A model generated the notes under the pieces. That model was given only the letters and a program-made list of their open reading frames with translations. It was not told the origin of the DNA and ran no database searches. A stretch of 63,724 nt of DNA, the filler included, from Octopus bimaculoides (taxonomy: Eukaryota): NCBI RefSeq assembly GCF_001194135.2. It is 7 parts of 6 records of this genome, joined end to end, with 100 filler letters (N's around TTAATTAATTAA, not from the genome) between each part and the next. Parts side by side here need not be neighbours in the genome. Positions count along the whole stretch, not along the records: positions 39,447 to 55,334 come from NC_068997.1; positions 55,435 to 57,428 come from NC_068999.1; positions 57,529 to 59,718 come from NW_026433983.1; positions 59,819 to 62,046 come from NW_026321895.1; positions 62,147 to 63,724 come from NC_068988.1; 2 more parts are not named here. One strand, given 5' to 3'. Position 1 is the first letter of the stretch. Every line of letters begins with the position of its first letter. Shown piece after piece: positions 53,826 through 63,724 of the stretch. The position numbers and the translations under genes are program-made.

Positions 53826-54360
53826 TATATATATAATCCAAGAAAGTTAGGGGTTGTGAATCTAACCCACTAAAGGATAATATCTATGCAATATACTACC
53901 GGAAGGATACCCAATAACTATTACACTAGTGTTTTTATCAAGTGCAATAAATGGGTGCGGGTAAAAGGAAATTATACCCTTAATTTATATAGCAATAAGA
54001 AAATGGAGGAGAATATGTGGTACTCATCAACTTGCAGACATTATATTATGTCAATTTACCAGTTTATTTTTCAGCTAAGTGGACAATAAAAACAATATAC
54101 AAACACATATGACATATTGTGTCATATCAGTAATTAAAATTAAAAAGGACATCTAGTGACCGAAGAAGGGACAATGTCTTACAGCTGTTTCAGCCTAGAG
54201 GTGACATGCCTCTATATAACTCCAGTAAGCTGGAGTAATTGATAGATGAAATGAATAAATAGAGGTACATGTATGATCCTCTAGGCCTCTTCAGAGATTT
54301 ACCAAGTTCATGGAGTTAATTTGCAATATATAACTATAAACATAAAAAGCGTATACAAAA
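53826..54360. mobile_element. Dispersed repeat containing the hammerhead motif (possible Penelope-like terminal repeat)
   Basis: 53826-54045 is homologous to the reverse complement of about 59925-60150; both abut (TA)n; hammerhead at 54177-54297. Confidence 0.5.
54177..54297 (-). ncRNA. Hammerhead ribozyme-like motif with extended stem II
   Basis: Minus strand UCU CUGAAGA GGCCUAGAGG (76 nt) CCUCUAGGCU GAAA C AGCU G UA AGA: intact core, 10-bp stem II (closing pair G.U), palindromic stem III, GUA triplet; stem I only 3 bp. Confidence 0.55.
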
Positions 54361-54498
54361 ATCATAAAAACTCACATATATGTATATACATGCATACTTT
54401 GACATATATAGATATACATAAATAAATAAACACAAACACATGAATATATATATGTACATTTAAATGTACATACATAAACGTCTATGAATGCACACAGT

Positions 54499-54856
54499 GG
54501 AGAAGCAATGGCCCAGTGGTCAGGGCAGCGGACTCGCGGTCATAGGATCGCGGTTTCGATTCCCATACCGGGCGTTGTGAGTGTTTATTGAGCGAAAACA
54601 CCTAAAGCTCCACGTGACACTGGCAGGGGATGGTGGCGAACCCTGCTGTACTCTTTCAACACAACTTTCTCTCACTCTTACTTCCTGTTTCNNNNNNNNN
54701 NTCTGTGTCACGCTGAATATCCCCGAGAACTATGTTAAGGGTACACGTGTCTGTGGAGTGCTCAGTCACTTGCACGTTAATTTCACGAGCAGGCTGTTCC
54801 GTTGATCTGATCAACTGGAACCCTCGACGTTGTAAGTGACGGAGTGCCAACAACAA
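54499..54856 (+). mobile_element. SINE family C, full length, in the ABI intron
   Basis: Near-identical to 10321-10700. Confidence 0.85.
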
Positions 54857-57214
54857 TACATGCACACCAATGAGTCAATTGTTATTGTTACTATACATAA
54901 GGACACATATATATACCCACCCACACATACATACATACACATATGTGTATATAACCATTCCCATACATACATGTTCCCTGGTACATAAGCTTTAGTTGCA
55001 TTTGGAAAGGAGGACTGGTGCATTGTACTGGAGCAAGCTGAGAGTGGGTTGAATCTAAACCAATTACAGCATGGGTGGCATATTTTAACCGTTTAAAAAC
55101 ATTTTATTATTTGGCGTCAAAATTTTCCCCACACCAGTCGCAACCTGGCTACTAACATGATTCCACTGCATTAAGTATAGAGAGTACAGCTTTAAATGCA
55201 TGTATATATTCTTTGAAGAATTCTTTGTCAAATGTATTTACCCCAGTAATTCTTTTTTTTTTTAAGCCTGGTAATTGCTCTATCAATCTCTTTTGCCAAA
55301 CTGTTAAATTCTGGGGATGTAAACGCCCCCACCGNNNNNNNNNNNNNNNNNNNNNNNNNNNNNNNNNNNNNNNNNNNNTTAATTAATTAANNNNNNNNNN
55401 NNNNNNNNNNNNNNNNNNNNNNNNNNNNNNNNNNGAGCCTTTCAAAGATGAGCGATATAACTGAAATATTTTTAATATAGATTATCACGAGATGTCATGA
55501 TCATTATGTGTGTCCTTGCACATGCTCTACACTCATGTTGTGTATGTATTTCTAGATGTATGTAAGTCTGTACCTGGGAGACATTTATGCAAGTAGTGTA
55601 TGCGTTCTTTACTTTTCATTTTCGTTCTGTACTCAATAATACAATTGTCAGCAATTGCATTGTAGGCCAATTTCTATCAATGATGAACTCTATTTAAGAC
55701 CACTACAAAGTCACTCCATGGTATTGTCTTAGCCATTGATTCTCGTATAGGCAGAAGGCCTGAAATTTAGGGTGAAGGACTTAGTTAATATCATCGACTC
55801 GTAGTTGACTGGTACTTTTTTATTGACAACTAGATGGATGACAGGCAAAGTTGACATCAGTGTTTTTGAACTCAGAATGTCAGAAACTGGAACTATTTAC
55901 CGACCCAAAGCTCTGGATTATTCTAATAGCATAACTTTTTATTGCTACTATAGTGCAACAACAGTGACAAAATAGTAATCTCCGTAACGTCGGCTAACTG
56001 TAAGTTTTGCATGTATGGTACATTTACGTATGCTCTATGTATGCAGGTATTACCTTTCAAAATTTGAATAAAACATAGGTATACCTTTAAAAGTATACCT
56101 ATATTTTATCCAAATGTTTAAGTAATTTAGAATGTTTACCTCTCAAATCAATTATAATTAAATTAGAAAAAAAAATTAATGTTTTGAAGTAATTATTTAT
56201 TTTCAATTAATTTCATTAAAAATTTATTGCAATTTTAAACAACATTCGCATTTATTGTCTGCAGAACATAATTACAATTTCTTTCTAATTAGTCGCTAAG
56301 ATATTAGTGTGTACTCGCAAACTGATCTTTGTTAGAAAATGATCAAAAATATTCAAAGTAGGTAAGTTTCAGTACTCCTCATACTCTTGGGTTTCCTTGA
56401 ATCTAATTTCCTTATGAAGTTACATGTAGACTGAATTTAGAAATGTGTAACATTGCTGCCAGATTTGTGGTCTCGTAAAAATATTCTACAATGTATTCAT
56501 TGTCAAGTCAAAAATAAAGCTTCTTCGTGGCCACTCGATCAGCTAAATGAAGCAGCCAAATCGCTTACAAATTAGTCTCCACCACCATCTTTACAAAATA
56601 ATGGGATAGAATAATATATTTCTGGATAACTCAAAAGTACAGAATGATCGGGATTTCATGGTTGTTTTATAGTTTTATTTAACGGCTTTTCACTGTCATT
56701 GTATAACATATCATTTGATCCATTTACTTACTTTTTATTTTTTGATTCACTGCAACTCACCTTATTACTTTTATGAAATGAATCCTACATTATATACCAG
56801 TTCTTCGTGTAGACGAGAAACACACTACAACTGGCAAATTGGATTCTAATAGAAATAAGCGAAACAGATCTTAAATAAAACGAGGTATCTTTTGACAAAT
56901 CACCTGATGAGACATATCTACACCTTCAATACACCACAACTGTTAGTATAGCATCTCACTATCGAGGCACCGGTACACGGTTGGCCGAAACGATCGTAGT
57001 GAATGATAAAGAATTTGGTAAATTCCATTTTCTTTCTCTCATATATTTTATAAACTCTGCGGATACGAAGGAATTCCTGAAGTAAATCCAGTAGCATGTT
57101 CCACCATACTGTTGATGACATCAGGTTGCAGAATACAGTGAACGGGCTTTAAACGGTATACTACAAGGTGTATACCGGAATATAAAATTATACACACACA
57201 CACACACACACACA

Positions 57215-57428
57215 CATTCTTCTTGTTTCAGTCATTAGACTGCAGTCATGGTGGGGCACGGCTTTGACGTTTTTCAGTCGAATGAATCGACTCCAGGACT
57301 TATTTTCAAAGCCCGATACTCACTCACTGGGTCTCTTTGGCCGAACGCTAATCCAAACACACCAACAGCGGTTGTCAGGCAGTGGTGGCGGGACAAACAC
57401 AGACAGATAGACAAACAGGAAGACACAC
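57215..57428 (-). mobile_element. SINE family A, 3' half running into gap
   Basis: cttgtttcagtcattagactgcagtcatgg...gggacaaacacagac. Confidence 0.7.
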
Positions 57429-57573
57429 NNNNNNNNNNNNNNNNNNNNNNNNNNNNNNNNNNNNNNNNNNNNTTAATTAATTAANNNNNNNNNNNNNNNN
57501 NNNNNNNNNNNNNNNNNNNNNNNNNNNNATATACATGTATGTATACATATATACATCTATATATGCGTATATA

Positions 57574-57612
<39 letters not shown>

Positions 57613-58740
57613 ATATATATTTATATATATATGTATATGTATATGTATATATATGTATATATATATGTATATATATGTATATATATATACATATATATAT
57701 ATGTATGTGTGTGTGTTTGCATGTTCGTATGTATGCATATATTTATACACATACATACAGTGCATATTAATATGCGTATTGATTTGTAAATTCATACACA
57801 CATGTGTACATAGTGTGTATTTACACAAGCACACACATATACATTCATATATATACATATCCGTACATATGTATATTTATGAATATAATATATATATGTT
57901 TGATATATGCATATGGTATGTTTGTATGAATATATGTATGTATATTCATATATATATATATATATATATANNNNNNNNNNNNNNNNNNNNNNNNNNNNNN
58001 NNNNNNNNNNNNNNNNNNNNNNNNNNNNNNNNNNNNNNNNNNNNNNNNNNNNNNNNNNNNNNNNNNNNNNNNNNNNNNNNNNNNNNNNNNNNNNNNNNNN
58101 NNNNNNNNNNNNNNNNNNNNNNNNNNNNNNNNNNNNNNNNNNNNNNNNNNNNNNNNNNNNNNNNNNNNNNNNNNNNNNNNNNNNNNNNNNNNNNNNNNNN
58201 NNNNNNNNNNNNNNNNNNNNNNNNNNNNNNNNNNNNNNNNNNNNNNNNNNNNNNNNNNNNNNNNNNNNNNNNNNNNNNNNNNNNNNNNNNNNNNNNNNNN
58301 NNNNNNNNNNNNNNNNNNNNNNNNNNNNNNNNNNNNNNNNNNNNNNNNNNNNNNNNNNNNNNNNNNNNNNNNNNNNNNNNNNNNNNNNNNNNNNNNNNNN
58401 NTATATATATCTTTCTTTATACACACACACACACACATCCCAGAGAATATATTTCCTGGAATATTTACGCAGTGTTTCATATATATTTATACTGTATATT
58501 AAGATACAGTAACATTTTATTAGTTCTGTATTGTAATTCTTCGCCGGCCTTTTAGTGCGCTGGAAGAAGTGTTAGGGATATCTGGCGGAATATATTGGTT
58601 GGTAACTTTGAGTTTGATACAGGCGGAGATCTTATCCAACATATTGTTACAGTTTTGTTTTTGTTTTATCATTTCGATGCCGATGATATGTATGTATCAC
58701 CCCTTCCATTTCACTGTCTCCCTACACCAAAACTATTTAT

Positions 58741-59360
58741 AATTCTTTGTAATTTTTATTGTGGCGCACACAGGGAAGTAGTTCCATACGCTTTAGACTT
58801 GAAGCTTAAGCGCCGAAATTACACTGATTCTGGATCCCATGGCTGACGAGAAATATGCCATAGCTCATTGTCCTTTTACTGTATTCATTTCCCATGTTGT
58901 TTCATTTCGATTATAATTCAACTTGCTAAAGACTAGATAAATCCAAAATGAACCCGAGTAAAGTAGTGTCTGATGAAACCGAGCAAACCGAAACCTCGGA
59001 ATCACGGTAAATACTTTCTTTGAAATGTTAATGGACACGTACTATTTAGGAATTTTGAATAATCATCTAATTTAATGTTAACTTAAAGACAAATATCAGT
59101 GTGTGTGTGTGTACACTTATATGTACAGACATACACATACATATGTGTGTTTGTGTGTGTATGTATGTGTATGTATAGTATGGATAAAATCGAAATGAAA
59201 CGACATGGGAAATGAATACAGTAAAAGGACAATGAGGTATGGCATATTTCTCGTCAGCCATGGGATCCAGAATCAGTATAGTTTCGGCGCTTAAGCATGA
59301 AGTCTAAAGCCTATGGAACTACTTCCCTGGGTGCGCCACAATAAAAATTACAAAGAAATT
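58741..59360. repeat. Inverted repeat, arms about 170 bp
   Basis: 58741-58912 versus 59188-59360, high identity. Confidence 0.9.
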
Positions 59361-59643
59361 AGCTTATGACCAAGAGAACAACAACAACAACAAATGTGTG
59401 AAGAGAAAATTAGGGATAGATATATGTAGTGTAATTCAACAAAAAAGAAAGGTATTGTCTGTTATATTGGCGCATAAGAAACAAACAATGAGATAGCTAA
59501 CTCGTAAAAATATCACATCCACACACACGCACACACACACAAATGTACATATATATGTATACATATATGTCTGTATATACATACACACAAATATATACAG
59601 TGTGTGTTTGTATGTATGTATGTGTGTGTATATATATATACAT

Positions 59644-59718
<75 letters not shown>

Positions 59719-60156
59719 NNNNNNNNNNNNNNNNNNNNNNNNNNNNNNNNNNNNNNNNNNNNTTAATTAATTAANNNNNNNNNNNNNNNNNNNNNNNNNN
59801 NNNNNNNNNNNNNNNNNNCGTCCAACCCATGCTAACATGGAAAGCGGACGTTAAACGATGATGATGACTTGTACTTTGTGGTTTTTTTGTCACTTTAGTT
59901 ACATATTAAGTTAATGAATTCAACGGGATACACTGTCTACAAGTCGTTGGATTCAGCATATTATCCTCCATTTTCTAATTGATATATAAATTTAGGGTAC
60001 CCCCCCTTTACCCGCTCCCACTTATTACACTTGGTATAACACTAGTGTAACAATAATTGGGTACCCTCCCAACAGTATATTGGATAGATACTATCCCTTA
60101 GTGGGTTGAATCCTCAACCCCTAACTCTCTTGCATTATATATATACATATACATAT

Positions 60157-60225
<69 letters not shown>

Positions 60226-60426
60226 TAGTTATAGAATAACACCGCTATGTTAACGACTCAACATATCACACTCCCTCAATGAATATATATAAGAAATACA
60301 ACATAATCCATCAAAACATAAGGAATAAAAGGATATAAAGATAACGTAGGAAAAATAACGTAAGAAAAATAAAATAAATAAAAGAATAAGAAATATATAA
60401 GGAGTAAGATGCAAGATATAGAACAT

Positions 60427-61120
60427 ATATAAAAATTTATACACGAATATATTATTTCAACCGATAACATACAAATAAATTAAGAATAATAAATTTGAGT
60501 TAACGGTATAACATAATATACATATATATCATTTCATAAAAGTTCCAAATCAAGTTAAAGTTAAAATTAATACGATTAAAAATTCAAATATATAATATAG
60601 ATTGATATAAAATAAAATAAAGAAATGATATACAATAAAATAATCCATTAGTTAAAAGTCAATGACAAAACTATAAAATGATTTAACATTATTTAGAGTT
60701 AAAATATAAAGTTCTATACTTCCCTCGGGTATATTTTATAATTTAAAAACAGCAGACATCAATAGGTAAGTCTGTATCAGTTAGGTCACAAAAACATGGG
60801 TCAAAGGTGAATACAGGCACCCAGCAGGTATCAACATGTAAAAGCATATAAAATCCAATTCTGCTCACCATGTCCAAAAGTTCACAAAACACATGGGTCA
60901 AAAATATTTTATTGTACCTCATTTCTTTATTTTATTTTATATCGATCTACATTATATATTTGAATTTTTAATCGTATTAATTTAACTTTAACTTGATTTG
61001 GAACTTTTATGAAATGATATATATGTATATTATGTTATACCTTTAACTCAAATTTATTATTCTTAATTTATTTGTATGTTATCGGTTGAAATAATATATT
61101 CGTGTATAAATTTTTATATT
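60427..61120. repeat. Inverted repeat, arms about 215 bp, ending at the Helitron
   Basis: 60427-60642 versus 60905-61120, near-identical. Confidence 0.9.
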
Positions 61121-61121
61121 A

Positions 61122-62046
61122 TCTCTATATATATAAAATTGAGAATGTATGTCTGTGTGAATCCCTAAAACTCCAGAACTACACAACCAATTTCATTCAA
61201 ATTTTACACATGCCTTACTTAGGGTCCCGGTTATGTTTTAGTCAAAACAAAATTTTAACTTCTTGCATACTTCCAGCCCACAACAACATCGTATCTCCTC
61301 TACTATTTAAGTATTACATGTCAAAAATGAAACAAAAACACTCATGTCATTCGAACCGGAATCTCAAAAACATTGTTATTATTAAATTTATGCATTTCTA
61401 ATCAATTTGGAGATATTTGCTATCGAGTTGCAGATTTTAAACAATGCATTTGGTGATTATTTGCTTTATTTCTTGGTCAAAATTTACAACTTAGAATAAA
61501 AGAATAAAATTATTATTTCATTCAAAAATTCATGAGCTTTGTTTTTAGTGATGACTTGAAATGGTAAATATTTTTTCTAACTGTATTTGTTTGAAAAAAC
61601 ATACTTTTCTTTATATTAAGCAATTCATTATAATTACTTTTACGATGTGCCTAAATAAAAACCATCATTATAGATCAGCATTTCTCAACCTATTTTGCGA
61701 TTTGGCTTCCCTTGGACATTGAAAAAATTGATATCGGCTCCCCTGCGTTGATGAAAAATTTAATCCAGCTTCCCATGTATCTGAGATAGACCGGCTGGCC
61801 CATGACAAGTCTGACAAAAGGGGGAACCCGCAGAACTACTAGCTCATGAACTGCATCTCAAAGTTGGCGCACCAATCATGCTGCTAAGGAATTTAGATGC
61901 TGCAATAATGTGCAATGGTATGCGGATGATTATCAAAAAATTGTGCTCCCGAGTTCTGTAGGCAACAATCTTGAATGAACCAGCCGCTGGTTAAGACATA
62001 ACTCCCATGTCCCTTACCCACTCCGATACGACCTACAAGTTTAAAC
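61122..62046 (+). mobile_element. Helitron (5' TC end) with internally deleted RepHel, cut by scaffold join
   Basis: A|TCTCTATATATATAAAATTGAGAATGTATGTCTGT start; PIF1 helicase relic downstream. Confidence 0.7.
61845..62046 (+). pseudogene. PIF1-like helicase fragment of Helitron RepHel
   Basis: HELHLKVGAPIMLLRNLDAAIMCNGMRMIIKKLCSRVL*ATILNEPAAG*DITPMSLTHSDTTYKFK matches the Helitron helicase motif (L.LKVG.PIMLLRNL...LCNGTR); two in-frame stops. Confidence 0.85.
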
Positions 62047-62177
62047 NNNNNNNNNNNNNNNNNNNNNNNNNNNNNNNNNNNNNNNNNNNNTTAATTAATT
62101 AANNNNNNNNNNNNNNNNNNNNNNNNNNNNNNNNNNNNNNNNNNNNATATATATATATATATACATAATATTTAAAG

Positions 62178-62424
62178 AAAATGGAGAAATATTGATGAAC
62201 AACAATTGGCTTACATCAATTATTATTTATTAACTCAATACAAATAGACTGCATCCCATCCAACAGCTGTTTTTGCTTCCAATGCTGTATGGTATTGCCA
62301 TTGATATACTAAAAATATTTATCATATTTGGTAATAAAACCGATCGGAACCATGGCACTTATATTGAATTAATAAATAATAATTGATGTAAGTTAATTGT
62401 TGTTCATCAATATTTTTCCATTTT
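62178..62424. repeat. Inverted repeat, arms about 63 bp
   Basis: 62178-62240 versus 62362-62424. Confidence 0.85.
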
Positions 62425-62603
62425 GTGTGTTCTTTAAATTTTGATTCTTGATAAACTCATGTTTATCCTTGTCTTTACCTATAATTTATGAGCATAATAT
62501 GCTTGAATATATATGCCCATAGTTAAACATAGGTAATATACTGGTAGTATAGTGGATACTTCTATTCTTTAGACGGTTATTTTAACCTCTAACTCAACTA
62601 AAC

Positions 62604-62670
<67 letters not shown>

Positions 62671-62681
62671 AGTGTCTGTCG

Positions 62682-62729
<48 letters not shown>

Positions 62730-63108
62730 GCATCATCATGAAGAAGATAAGTCAAAAGTTGAGAAGATAATGTTAACCGTTGTTATAAACGCGTTTATAT
62801 TTGTTTTCTCCTATTTTTAAAAGCCTACAATTTGCATCCCTACCTCCTCTGTCTTTTTTTTCTATTATCCCATCTATTTCCATTTTGTTTTAAATCACGT
62901 TTCTTTGTTTTAAACCAATCCGCTTCCAGAAATATATGGACCACATACTTTGATTATTTTCTTTCTCCTTAGATTTAAACACGTGCTTTGCCTCCGCCCT
63001 TCAAGATTATATGCACCTTTTTTGCCTTCATCCCTGTTTTAAACTCAACTTCACGCCCAGAAATTTGTGACTCATGTATTTCCTTTTTGCTTTGTTGCAA
63101 ACAATCAG

Positions 63109-63205
63109 GCATGTGTGGTTCATCTGCAATAAACGACAAAGAAGGTCTCATCGGATTTACGCTGGACAGTGCTAAAGCTGATGGCAGTCACCCAGCTCTC
63201 ATGGG
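63109..63205 (+). CDS. Candidate exon, protein not recognised
   Basis: Consensus donor GG|gtaagt, weaker acceptor after a pyrimidine tract; open frame (G)MCGSSAINDKEGLIGFTLDSAKADGSHPALM. The opposite strand also has an open frame with an acceptor, so the call is ambiguous. Confidence 0.25.
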
Positions 63206-63724
63206 GTAAGTCATAATATTGAACACACACACACACACGCACACACACACACGCACACACCCTCATACGCACACACACACACGCACTCACACACACACAT
63301 ATATATATATATAAATACAAATAATATGTGAGTATATGCATATATACGTACATGTATGTACATACCTACATCTACATGTATATATAGATGCATATCTGGG
63401 TACAGGACGTCGCAAAAAAACGTGGACAAAATGAAAAACAGAACATAAACAGAGCACAGAAAACAAACAGGCCACATAGAGAATATTTCCTTCATTACCT
63501 GCCCTATTCTAAACTAAGCGTTTCGAAGTGTTAGGGCAGGACGCATTGTTAGAATAGCTCTTCCCACGGAAACAAATTAAATTAAATTTGTAATGCGGAG
63601 GAATTAAGTGGCAAACAGAAAACACGACAGGAAAACGAAACAGTGAAAATAAACAAGAAGGGCTGTAGGCCAGATGTGAAAAAATATCTGTATACTGAAC
63701 GCTGTGATGTGACGAACTTGAGGG

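Noticed and set aside
56882-57085. Stop-free stretch EVSFDKSPDETYLHLQY...KEFLK
   Set aside because: No start or convincing splice sites and no recognisable homology; lies among degenerate repeats.
58810-58860. Possible type-II hammerhead in the inverted-repeat arm (GAAA...CCATGG CTGACGA)
   Set aside because: Stem II and stem III cannot be paired.
53314-63724. Search for ABI exon 2 (expected K..LEETK.Y..QSLASVAYQI-like)
   Set aside because: No such sequence found by eye on +; likely outside the window, in a gap, or separated by a scaffold join.

Overview
AT-rich, repeat-dense animal genomic DNA, most likely octopus/cephalopod (the SINE families are recognised from memory, not by search). The assembly is fragmented: many N gaps, six of them 100-bp joins carrying a TTAATTAATTAA linker. 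Nearly all ORFs in the supplied track come from microsatellites, N runs or transposon relics. The only host coding sequence I recognise is an Abl-interactor (ABI)-family N-terminal exon on + (CDS 53179-53313, MATMEGHFSMEELYANELPSAVEELGKNYENLRQVADYCDIHYKE|gtaagt), with a near-identical frameshifted duplicate 1 kb upstream (about 52203-52308). The rest is tRNA-headed SINEs (at least 3 families), RTE, CR1-like and restriction-like-endonuclease (RLE) LINE relics, a Tc1/mariner relic, mariner- and piggyBac-type MITEs, two Helitron pieces (one with a PIF1 helicase pseudo-ORF), long AT-rich inverted repeats and microsatellites. Most notable: (1) three minimal hammerhead-ribozyme-like motifs with palindromic stem III, one inside a SINE-like body; (2) the duplicated ABI exon whose +1 frameshift opens a new N-terminus; (3) RLE LINE pieces tied to (CATA)n and (TAA)n arrays; (4) CpG-poor/CpG-rich blocks that switch at the linker joins. 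No prokaryotic-type system, CRISPR array, rRNA or real tRNA gene is supported.
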